The notes beneath the pieces were generated by a model. The model did no database searches, was not told the DNA's origin, and worked only from the letters and a program-made list of their open reading frames with translations. Shown in pieces: positions 14,770 through 25,720 of a stretch of 64,000 nucleotides of DNA. Within the stretch, counting starts at the first letter, position 1. Each line of letters opens with the position of its first letter. The position numbers and the translations under genes were made by a program. The stretch comes from Eledone cirrhosa (lineage: Eukaryota): NCBI GenBank assembly GCA_964016885.1, contig OZ024740.1, positions 58,838,001 through 58,902,000 on the forward strand, in the 5' to 3' direction.

Positions 14770-14813
<44 letters not shown>

Positions 14814-14956
14814 ATATATAACATATATTATATATATATATTATATATATATTACATATATTATATATATATTACATATATGTATATATTGTATATATAT
14901 ATTATATATATGTATTATATATATATATATATATTACATATATTATACATATTTAT

Positions 14957-15297
14957 GGAGGCACATGGCTTAGTGGTTAGAGCATTGCCCTTGCAAGCGA
15001 AAGGTTGTGAGTTCAATTTTCAGACCGGGTGATGTGTTGTTTCCTTGAGCAAGACACTTTATTTCACATTGCTCCAGTTTACTCAGCTGTAGAAATGAGA
15101 TGATAGGGACTGGGGTCCCTATCATTCCACTGTTAAGTGGTTGTGGAGGTGCCACGACAAAAAAGTACCCAGCACTCACTGTAATGAGGTTGGTGTTAGG
15201 AAGGGCATCCAGCTGTAGAAATCAAGCCAGAATCAGTTCCCGTCCCACCCTTGCAAGCAGGGAAAAGCAGACGTAAAATGATGATGATGATGATGAT
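14957..15297 (+). mobile_element. SINE family A
   Basis: Complete head, CORE-like domain, RTE tail and (GAT)n end. Confidence 0.92.
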
Positions 15298-15413
15298 ATA
15301 TATTTCCTGCTCTATCAAGCGTTAACCTAATATATACCTTCCATATACTGTACCGATTGTATTATTATTTCTGTTTACCTTTTACATACATATATATACA
15401 TATATTATATATA

Positions 15414-15799
15414 TCATCATCATCATCATGATACGTTTGCTTTCCCTGCTTGCAAGGGTGGAACGGGAACTGATTCTGGCTTGATTTCTACAGCTGGATG
15501 CCCTTCCTAACACCAACCTCATTTACAGTGAGTGCTGGGTGCTTTTTTGCCGTGGCGCATACGCGTCCACTTTACAGTGTGGGCTGGTTGCTATTTTGCC
15601 GTGTCACCTCCATGACCACTTTTCAGTGGAATGATATGGACCCCAGTCCCTATCATCTCATTTCTACAGCTGAGTAAACTGGAGCAATGTGAAATAAAGT
15701 GTCTTGCTCAAGGAAACAACACATCACCCAGTCTGAGAATTGAACTCACAACCTTTCAATTGCAAGGCCAATGCTCTAACCATTAAGCCATGTGCCTCC
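15414..15799 (-). mobile_element. SINE family A
   Basis: Reverse complement of the same consensus; lies tail-to-tail with 14957-15297. Confidence 0.92.
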
Positions 15800-15928
15800 A
15801 TATATATATACATATATAGTAAAAATAATAAATTTGAAGACTAAAATCCAAAGAGGGCTTGATAAGGATAAATATATATCAAATATATAAGAACCATAGA
15901 GCAAATATTTATTAAAATAGCAGATTAA

Positions 15929-15980
15929 AGTTTAAGCAAAGAATCGCTGCTTTCACCCTTAACGGGATCTTTTGAAACTA
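15929..15980 (-). ncRNA. Degenerate type I hammerhead-like fold
   Basis: UAGUUU-CAAAAGA-UCCCGUUAAGGGU-GAAA-GCAGCGAUUCUUUGC-UU-AAACU; core has two substitutions versus CUGANGA. Confidence 0.45.
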
Positions 15981-17011
15981 AAAAAAATCAATCTGTGAAC
16001 GCAGAAGTAAATATTTCGAAAAACGTTGCAACTGAAGGAAGACAGGAAAATGATACTTTGGTTCGTAGAAACGTTCCCTGGCAAAGAACGGAAAAAACGA
16101 AGATAATATGTCATTATTTGGATCGGTGAAAACAATTACACGCAAAGACAAAACCACGTTTATTGTATAAAGGAAGTCGTAGACTAATATTCTATTAGGT
16201 GGTTCGTGGAGACGTTCTCTGGCAATGAACGGAAAAAACGAAGATAATACATTATTATGTGGAATGATGAGAACAATTACACGCAAAGACAAAATCACGT
16301 TTAAGGTATAACTGAAGTCGTAGACTAAAATTCTATTTAGGAAACCGAATGATTCTCGGCTTCAGAGTTAAGAATAATGTAAATAAATTACAGAGGTAAT
16401 TGAAATCAACAAAAATTAAATATATACATGCACGCATCCATATACGTACATACACATGCATACGCGAAACACCCACCATGGGTATGCAAATACAAGCACG
16501 TACACAAAAACACGCACACACATACAGAATCCACGCAACGCCTGAACCCGCACACATACGAACGTATACACCAAATACACATAAAAATATATATATGTGT
16601 GTGCGTTTATACATATAATTATATAAACATATATAAATATACACACATAAATATGTATATAACGCGCGCACACACATACCTACATGTAAATCCACATGTT
16701 CACTAAACGTACGTCAACCAAAACACAAAGTACCCATATACACACACCCTACATACGTGCAAACCCGCATACTCATACAGACGCAAAACTCACGTATACA
16801 CATAACCATATGCACATGTACCAGTATATATAATATAATATATACGCCTATAACATATACAAGCAAATATACGTACGAGAAAGTATACGTACCTTCATAA
16901 AACATACAGGTAATATATACTTACCTATACAAATAAGTAATAACATAAGTATAAACATAACATATACTTAGCTACCACATCAAGACATAAATTATCTGCG
17001 TATAGTTCGTA

Positions 17012-17770
17012 CTATCCGTTAGGGTATAATGTGAGGCTGTAATACAGGAAAGTTTTGTGCAATTTATGTTTACAAGCCAAAATTGCTTCAGATGTTTTGT
17101 TTAAGATGTGGTCTTTGATGTAGAGTATTTCCAGGGCTTCAGCGGCGCAGAAGTCACATGGTCTTTTATTTCCGTTATACGATCTAGCTTTAGCTAGGAT
17201 CTCTCAGTGTAACTTATATTGGGTGTGGTTGTCTTTTAGACTCCAGATATAAGCTGAAAGTGACGTCATATTCCTTCTTAGAGGGTAACGAAAAGAATGG
17301 GTATGCATGTAAAGAGGCTGCTTGAAACTATTGGCGGTTAACCCTATGTAGGCCCTACGGGACGTGGGTGTTACAACCTTACATTTGTAGACAATGTTAC
17401 TAGAGAGGCATTTCCCGGATAGGGGGCAATCAGCCCGATTCCTACAATTAGAGTTAGTACTAACTACAGGGCTGCACGTGTTCCTACGGCTAGGTAGTTT
17501 AGCTAAATTTGAAGCTGTGATGTTATGTACAAGGTTAGGAGTCGTAGAGTAAGAAATTTTAATGGCATTTCTATTAAAAATGTTACTATATTTATGTGCT
17601 GGGAAAAATGCTTCATAATAAGGGAGAGAAAGATCTTAGCTAATGGTGTGGCCACCTCCATATTATATGGTGGGTTATACCATATAATGCGCCGGGATCT
17701 ATTTTTCCTAGGTCTATTCTCATATTCTGTACATGCTACCTTATCGACAAATCCACTCCAAGCAAGAGCT
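17012..17770 (-). pseudogene. PLE linker + GIY-YIG endonuclease, frameshifted, with an internal stop
   Basis: Manual translation: RSRRIIWYNPPY...; SNCRNRADCPLSGKCLSSNIVYKCKVVTPTSRRAYIGLTANSFKQ...TSLSAYIWSLK...KLH*EILAKA...CDFCAAE...LNKTSE...CKH; stop TAG at 17012-17014. Confidence 0.88.
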
Positions 17771-18137
17771 CCATTGTAATATGTGGAATGGTCGGTGAAA
17801 ACATGCTCGTTTGTAGATAGACGTGGTTTTGTCTTTGCGTGTAATTCTTCTTTTGCCCCACATAATGATGTATTATCTCCGTTTTTTCCGTTCATTGCCA
17901 GAGAACGTCTCCACGAACCACCTAATAGAATATTAGTCTACGACTTCCTTTATACCATAAACATGGTTTTGTCTTTGCGTGTAATTGTTTTCTTACTCCA
18001 AATAATGACGTATTATCTTCGTTTTTTCCGTTCTTTGCCAGGGAACGTTTCCACGGACCAAAGTATCATTTTCCTGTCTTCCTTCAGTTGCAACGTTTTT
18101 CGAAATATTTACTTCTGCATTCACAGATTGATTTTTT

Positions 18138-18190
18138 TAGTTTCAGAAGATCCCGTTAAGGGTGAAAGCTGCGATTCTTTGCTTAAACTA
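18138..18190 (+). ncRNA. Degenerate type I hammerhead-like fold (U4A)
   Basis: Stem I UAGUUU/AAACUA, core CAGAAGA, stem II CCC/GGG, GAAA, stem III GC...GC, CUU triplet. Confidence 0.55.
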
Positions 18191-18484
18191 TAATCTGTTA
18201 TTTTAATAAATATATATATACATAAATGGAAAAAAATGAAATTTCATTTCTCACTCTTAGTACGGTTGATACTTAAATATAAGTATTATACGTACATACA
18301 TATGTGTATACAGACGTACAGTAGTATGTATATACGTACATACATGCACATATATATATATGTACGTATGGGTTTACCGAACATTTATTATAATGCTCGG
18401 TTTGTTTGTAAACAAACAGCCAAAATTTTTAGCCGTACAGTGTTCGGCAACCATCATTGCCCTTTTGTTCAACACTGATAAAGG

Positions 18485-18529
18485 AACAATGAACTAGTTT
18501 CTAGCTTATTAGCTGTCATCAGCACCATT
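18485..18529 (-). ncRNA. Minimal type I hammerhead ribozyme
   Basis: AAUGGUG-CUGAUGA-CAGCUAAUAAGCUA-GAAA-CUAG-UU-CAUUGUU; palindromic AACUAGUU stem III; C.A mismatch at 10.1/11.1. Confidence 0.75.
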
Positions 18530-18813
18530 TACCTTCCTGTCAGTCGATTGAACGTTTGATAGTATATACTTTCCTTATGCATATTAACGGCTGAGCAGCC
18601 TAATTTGCATATCGAGTGAGTTAATCAGCCGGCGTACTGAAAACGATAAATGGAAAAAAATGAAATTTCATTTCTCACTCATTTTTTTCCATTTATCGTT
18701 TTCAGTACGCCGGCTGACTAACTCACTCGATATGCAAATTAGGCTGCTCAGCCGTTAATATGCATAAGGAAAGTATATACTTTTAAACGTTCAATCGACT
18801 GACAGGAAGATAC

Positions 18814-18856
18814 ACGGTGCTGATGACAGCTAATAAGCTAGAAACTAGTTCATTGT
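18814..18856 (+). ncRNA. Minimal type I hammerhead ribozyme
   Basis: ACGGUG-CUGAUGA-CAGCUAAUAAGCUA-GAAA-CUAG-UU-CAUUGU; predicted cut after 18850. Confidence 0.75.
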
Positions 18857-18948
18857 TCCTTTGTCAGTGTTGAACAAAAGGGCAACGATGGTTGCCGAAC
18901 ACTGTATGGCTAAAAATTTGGGCTGTTTGTTTACAAACAAACCGAGCA

Positions 18949-19842
18949 GAGTCAGAACGGGGTGGAAAAAGTTCAGAGAGCTTATACCACTATTGGCCGC
19001 TAAAAGGTTCTCTCTAAAAATGAAAGGCAGGCTGTATGATGCCTGCATACGAACAGCAATGTTACATGGCAGTGAGACTTGGGCATTGTGTGCAGAGGAT
19101 ATACGCAGACTGGAGAGGAATGAAGCTTGCATGTTCCGTTGGATGTGTAATAGTAATATACGTGAACGGCAAAGCATAAATGAACTAAGGGAGAAATTAG
19201 GAATAAGAGGAATCAGATGTTGTTTACTCGAGAGAAGACTACGTTGGTATGGTGACGTCATGCGCATGAAAGACGGCAGCTGTATAAAAAAGTGCAGGGC
19301 GATAAAAATAGACGGTAGCCACGGTGTAGGCAGACCCAGAAAAACCTGGGACGACTTGATAAATTCCGACCTCACACATTTACACCTCTCCAAGACATTG
19401 TCACTGGACCAAGATCTTTGGCGCTACACAGTAATACAGAAGACCCGCCTTGCCTAAGTACAAAGCGAAACCTACAGTCAGTAGGCACCTCTAACAAAAA
19501 TACACCCCGTCCCACCACCCCCACCCTATCCACACCACCTCTTTCGATGTAAAGTTATGTTGGTACCACAACATCCAGTCCGAAATAAATGAGGTCATGT
19601 ATGTGTCATGAAAAAAAAACACACAGTCCACGCTGTAATGTGGCTGTGTAGGAAACACGGTAAAAACCTCCCAGTCCACACTGTAAACGTGGTTGGTGTT
19701 AGGGAGGGCATCCAGCCGTAGAAAACCTGCCAGACAGTCCTATGCGAGCAAGACAACCAATCTTGCCTCAAGTGGGAAAATTCCCATCCAAACCCATGCA
19801 AGCGTGGAAGTGGGACGTTAAACGATGATGATGATGAAGATG
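18949..19842 (+). mobile_element. 5'-truncated RTE LINE (same family as 59.8-63.6 kb)
   Basis: RVRTGWKKFRELIPLL...GRPRKTW...TRLA* followed by a long 3' UTR and GAT tail. Confidence 0.95.
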
Positions 19843-19974
19843 ATGTTCGGTAAATCCATACGTACATATATATATGTGTGCATGTATGTATGTATATACA
19901 TACTACTGTACGTCTGTATACATATATGTATGTACGTATAATACTTATATTTATATATACATATATATATATAT

Positions 19975-20562
19975 GTCAGGTCACTCTTGAGTGCTACTGA
20001 TAACATGTAACTCAGTACAACCTGTTGCATGGTCGGGTCATTGGCGACTAAACTGGCAACCCCAGTTGGTGAGGAGGGTGATTCTGGACACCCTGCAGGA
20101 CAAAAAACTAAATCTGACAAAGGGCGGAAGAGTCAACGGCCATCCAAAAGTGTGTAAATATGTATATACATATGTACATATGTATGTATATGTATATGTG
20201 TATATACATGAGTGCATGTGTATGTATATGCGGGGGGACATAGAAATAGCCCGATCACGCGGTTAAACCACAGGGAGGAAAGGACCCCTAGCCCATGTCA
20301 GGGCATTCTTCTAGGAGAAGGCAACTCAGGAAACTGGGATACTTCTGATATAAAACCTCCGGCTCAGTAGTTACCGATGATGTTGATCTTCTCTTCTTTT
20401 CGGGTTATAGCTACTGTCGCTCAGAGAGTGGGATTGGCTCAGTGCACAGTCTTTCCTCACTTTAAAAATATCTTCACGCACAGGCATTGCACGATAGAAT
20501 TAATTAATAATTATTAATAATGGTATATCGTGCAATGCCCATACTCGATAACGAGGGGCAGC
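19975..20562 (+). mobile_element. Bipartite non-autonomous RTE-derived element
   Basis: Homologous to 31513-31910; contains RTE 5'UTR-like CTAGGAGAAGGCAACTC; ends ATACTCGATAACGAGGGGCAGCC(ATC)n. Confidence 0.65.
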
Positions 20563-20913
20563 CATCATCATCATCATCATCATCATTTCATTTTACGTCC
20601 ACTTTTCCCTGCTTGCAAGGGTAGGACGGGAACTGATTTTGGCTTGATTTCTACAGCTGGATGCCCTTCCTAACACCAACCTCATTTACAGTGAGTGCTG
20701 GGTGCTTTTTTGCCGTGGCACCTCCACGACCACTTTGCAGTGGAATGATATGGACCCCTGTCCCTATCATCTCATTTCTACAGCTGAGGTAACTGGAGCA
20801 ATGTGAAATAAAGTGTCTTGCTCAAGGAAACAACACATCACCCAGGCTGAGAATTGAACTCACAACCTTTCGATTGCAAGGCCAATGCTCTAACCACTAA
20901 GCCATGTGCCTCC
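20562..20913 (-). mobile_element. SINE family A
   Basis: Complete copy in reverse orientation. Confidence 0.92.
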
Positions 20914-21974
20914 ATATATATATATATATATATACACACACATACATACAGATTTGAGTGAAATAGATAGAAGGGTAAACTTGTTTGAATATCTAGTTAT
21001 TCATAACTGAAAATGTATGTATGTAATGATAGGTAAATATACATAGCTTGGGTAGTTAAATGAATAAAGTAGTGATTTAGAAATTTGATTTTGATTTGCA
21101 CAAAGCCTGTAGACTGTTTAATATTTACAATTGTATTATTTTAGAAAAATAGCCAGAATTTATTTTCTATTGTTCTAGAGGAATGTAACACAAACTCATT
21201 TTATTGCAGAGCCCTTCAGCAATTTTCAAAACATTACAGAACCTACACCTATATTTCGCAGACAATTCTTACCATCCTGATTTAAAATAAGACATTAAAT
21301 TAAATGAAATCCTTTCCACAGAGAGAATTTATTTTATAAAAAAGCATCTAAGGAATTTTATTTAAAAAAATACACTTTATCTTGTAGAACCCTTGAAATA
21401 TTTTAGCAGAATCTACTTTAAGAAACAGTTATAAAGTAATTAAAATAAGATTATCTAAAAATAAAAGGTCAAATTCTCAAATGTAATTTCTTTATTTTAA
21501 ATGTTCTCATTAAAAACAAAATCCAAAAAACATTTTCAAGATAGCCAAATATTTACTTTTCTTTTAAGCTGGTGATTTATTGTGCAATAATAGCTACTTT
21601 CTAGTCCATAGGGATAACTTAATATAAAGAATCCCAAACAGTACTATATATAAATATAATGCAAGATTTAGACTGGAGATAATTGTTGTAAGGAGATGCT
21701 GTGCTGTGACAACTTTTGTATTTTCTATTGTTTTTGTTATTTCATTCTTTTCTAGCAGCTGTTGTATATATTGTTTAGCCCCATGGCCAACTTCCATTGA
21801 GTAATCCTATGATCTAATAGTGGGATAGTAATTGCGAAAGTTATTGTTTAGCCCTAGGCCAATTTTGATTGAGCAGTCCTTTGATCTGACAGCAGGATAG
21901 AAGCTGCTATAGTTATTGTTTAACCCTTGGTCAACTTCCATTGAAGCAGTCCTATGTCCAAAAGCATTTCATTA

Positions 21975-22155
21975 TTGGCAGTATCGGTAGAGGGTCGGAC
22001 GCCATGCTTTCCAGCATAGTTACGTCCCTTTACGATCTGAGTTCAAATCCCGCCGAGGTTGACTTTGCCTTTCATCCTTACGGGGTCGATAAAATAAAGT
22101 ACCAGTAATGTACTGGGTAATTGCTGGCCTTGTGCCTAAAGTAGAAACAATTAAT
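21975..22155 (+). mobile_element. SINE family B
   Basis: TTGGCAGTATCGGTAGAG ... GAGTTCAAATCC ... GCCTTTCATCCTTACGGGGTCGATAAAATAAAGTACCAG. Confidence 0.88.
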
Positions 22156-22689
22156 AACCTTCCCATCTTTTTATTTGTATTTAAGACTACCTTATCTAAT
22201 ATAACATGACAGGAGAATGTGATTTGAGGATATAAGGCATGAGAATTTGATTTGAGGGGGATTTGGCTGCTATTTCTTACAGGTTGAGTAACCAAGTAGA
22301 GTTTCTATCATTGACTCATGCTGCCGTAACTAGGCAAGTATCATACACATTGCTTTACTTACTTCTGGGTTTCACTATGAAGGTCAAGTTGAATTTTGAT
22401 GACAGAATAACAATAGGTCTGCATTAAATATGATATTTTCAGCTCTGTGTTACCTGTAATTAAACAGACCTCTGATCAAATTGGATCCAGTTGTGACCAT
22501 ACTATTTATTTTCAGAGATAGTGCATGCAAGATTATATACCATGACATTGATATCTTTAAGACAGAGTGGGATTTGATAGATTTAATCATTATTTCTACC
22601 TGTCAAGTGATTGTATAGAGGGCCCCCTCCTCACCATCTTGCTATGTGAATAGTTATATTTACATTAGTATGTATTTATGTTTGTAGAG

Positions 22690-23000
22690 AGGGGCATGGC
22701 TGAATGGTTAAGGGGCTTGTTTCACAATCATTAAGTCCTGGGCTCAATACCACTGTATAGTATCTTGGGCAAGTGAATTTGGTATACATTTATGTTGACC
22801 TAAGCCTTGTGAGTGAACTTTGGTAGACATAAACTGTGGAAGCCTGTCAGATTGATTGTACCTGTAACTCAATGGCCCAGCCTTCTCACATTGTGTCACA
22901 CTAACTCAGCTTGTGAATTATGTTAAAAGTACATTCCTCTGTGGAATATTCAACCACTCATACATTAATTCACATATCAGATGTCCAGCTGGTCAAACAT
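22690..23000 (+). mobile_element. Old tRNA/CORE-type SINE
   Basis: TGGCTGAATGGTTAAG box A, GGCTCAATACC box B-like, CTTGGGCAAGTG CORE start. Confidence 0.55.
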
Positions 23001-23584
23001 CTGAGTACTCAGCATCAAAATGTATTAAGAATCTATCAGATTTATGAGTGTAAGTTATCATACACCTATGTAAGCATTGATTCAAAGTATGTATTGATTG
23101 AGAAGACTGCTAGGGGATATGGCAGAAATAGTTAGAATAGCAGACTAAATTCCTTATAGTATTTTGTTTTCTCCCTTTTGTATTCTGAGTTCTAAATTGC
23201 AGCAGAGTTGACTTTATTTTCATCTATCTTTCCACAATTTATAAAATAAATTACATACATGTAGTATAATCAGGAGATTCTGTTTATATCCTTCTCCTGG
23301 TGTGAATATTATACATCTATATTAACAAATTAGAAACTAAACAAGCATGACCAGAGTCCAGTGGCTGAAATCAGTAAAAGAGTAAAGAATTAATTATTTA
23401 AACCTCTATTTCACACAGATTTTACTACTCTATCTCTGTGTGTGTCATAATCATGTTTTTTTTTTTACAAATGAACTTAATGCTAATATTTAAACCATGA
23501 AATGGGAATATAATGCATGTTCAGTAAGAAAGTTGTATGTGGACAACATAATGCAATGCTAGATGCAGGATTAAACACCTAAAC

Positions 23585-23877
23585 CAGTGGTTCTCAACCT
23601 TTTGTGCCCCATGCCCTGCCTCAACATCTCAAACATGTTTATGCCTCACTTTGATATAGAAACAGCAACAATCAGCTACAAAGTGTACACAAATTGGCAT
23701 ATGGGTGATGCCAGATGCACAATAACATGAGTGAAGGAGGTGAAATAGGAGTATCCAACCATAATTTGTTCCAAATTTGCCTTGGTGTAAAAGTAATCTG
23801 AAGTTTGTTCTCATTAACATCATTTTCAAAATGCCCCCTCCCCCTGTGGGGCATGCATCCCACGTTAGGAATCACTG
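23585..23877. mobile_element. hAT-type MITE
   Basis: TIRs CAGTGGTTCTCAAC / GTTAGGAATCACTG; flanks ACCTAAAC / CTCTAAAC (imperfect 8-bp TSD). Confidence 0.7.
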
Positions 23878-25224
23878 CTCTAAACATTGTAATCAACCAG
23901 AATTTTAGATTATTCAATTACTTCCTCTCTTTTAACCTACATGATTTCTTGTGATACAGGGTAGTTTTGCTGCACTTAATCTTTGTCTAATAGACAAATA
24001 TTAAATTTTGAGTAGGATAATAGTTTTGCTATTATATTCATTTGAAAAGCACTACCTATGATTTCCAAATAACTTGGACTTTCTCATTATTTATATGGTA
24101 TTTGAAAAGTAATTTAAAATAAACATCTTTGTAATATAGAACATGGAGCATTTTTAGATGATTTGGTATGAAAAGGGTTAAATTAAGATTAAATATAAGT
24201 TCTTTTACTCTGATGTAGTATTTTATTCTTACTCTAATAAATATTGATCAACATAAACATATTTTATTATCTGATAGCTTTTAAAATAGACAATTTAGTT
24301 AAATAGATTTTATGGCTCAAAAATAGAAGACCAAACAATGATAAATCTAATTTTTTCTAATTGTAAAGTATGGCCTGCAGACTCTGTTTGTAGACAAGAG
24401 ACAAAAATATCTACCAAATTCACATTTTGGTTAAAGAAGGCTTCCTTTGATTATAGATCCATCTTATTCAGGAAAATTGACACAAAAAATAAAGAAAATA
24501 CAAAGTTATCTCTTCAAATAGTAACCAATAAAATGTTATTTGCTGTTACTGGAATAGGTCTTGGTAATATTTAACATCTTTAGCATCTAGTGTCTTGGTT
24601 TGCTTTAAAAAAATGTTTAGACAAAAACACAGCCTTCCTTGTTGTAGGGTATAATTAAGTATACATATCCTCTCTGGGGGGTTTTCTTCGACTAATCTTT
24701 GGTAATTTGTTTTTGTTGTTGTTGTAGCTGTTTTTATATAAATCATATTATATATATATTTAGAATATACTTTTGCAAAATTTCAGATTATTTAATACTT
24801 TGTCAGTTCTACAAAAAATACTCATTCCATTTATATATATATTCCCTCCCCCACTAAATATTTAGGTTTTAACTTTTTTGGCTCAAACCATTGGATATTC
24901 ATGCAATTTACTTAAAGTATGCCACCTTATATTTCTTTACACTTCTCAGAATAAAGCATATCTTTTTATTTGGAGAAATTAGGCTATTTTAAATAGTTCT
25001 ATTTTTACTAGAATGAAAACATGTCTGTTTCTTCTGTGTGATGCAAGAGCTTTGAATCTCAGTACCCAACTATTCTGTCTGGAATCGTTGTAAATAATCC
25101 AACTTCATTATAAAATTACTAAGTCTATAAAAAGTATATTTTTAGAAAGTAAAGCTGTAAACGCTGCTTTATACTACTTTTTATTAATGTGTTTTATTTT
25201 CAAATACTTAACAAATTTAGGTTT

Positions 25225-25225
25225 A

Positions 25226-25257
<32 letters not shown>

Positions 25258-25542
25258 GAAGCTAAATTTATATATGTATATATGTTTCTATATATATATA
25301 TGTTTATGTATATATATATACATATATGTGTATGTATATATATATATGTGTGTGTATATGTATATGTGTATATATATGTATATATGTATATATATCTGTA
25401 TGTATATATGTATATATATCTGTATGTATATATATGTATGTATATGTATCTACATATATATGTGTATGTTTATATATGTGTATGTATATATATATATATA
25501 TATATGTGTGTGTATATATATATACATATATATGTGTGTATG

Positions 25543-25573
<31 letters not shown>

Positions 25574-25720
25574 ATATATATATTATCATCATCATCATCA
25601 TCAACGTTTAACGTCCGTGTTCCACGCTTGCATGGGTTTGGACGGGGGTATTCCCACTTGAGGCAAGAGTGATTGTCTTGCTCGCATAGGACTGTCTGGC
25701 AGGTTTTCTACAGTTGGATA
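25225..25720. repeat. Compound (TA)n/(TG)n tract followed by an RTE 3' tail (-) at 25585-25720
   Basis: Purine-pyrimidine alternation; tail matches 59860-59990. Confidence 0.9.

Larger units (their letters stand above)
15906..18212 (-). mobile_element. 5'-truncated Penelope-like element (PLE) with an inverted copy of its 3' terminal repeat
   Basis: GIY-YIG remnant at 17012-17770; 15906-16300 is repeated in inverted orientation at about 17822-18212; HHR-like fold in both arms; internal repeat of about 140 bp x2 (16061-16335). Confidence 0.85.
18222..19953. mobile_element. Foldback HHR-bearing non-coding element (PLE terminal-repeat/retrozyme-like), right arm split by an RTE insertion
   Basis: Left arm 18274-18663 is inverted at 18679-18948 plus 19843-19953; 35-bp direct repeat at 18222-18256 and 18646-18680. 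Confidence 0.85.

Noticed and set aside
17204-17206. In-frame TGA in the PLE endonuclease as possible selenocysteine recoding
   Set aside because: It falls at a position that is typically Trp (x-W-x-I-L), so a TGG-to-TGA decay is simpler, and the copy is also frameshifted
25187-25672. Long Y/I/C/V/M-rich or H/T-rich ORFs here and at 14.7, 16.4, 50.0, 53.1-54.1 and 54.9-55.8 kb
   Set aside because: Translations of (TA)n/(TG)n/(CA)n tracts that lack stop codons; not genes
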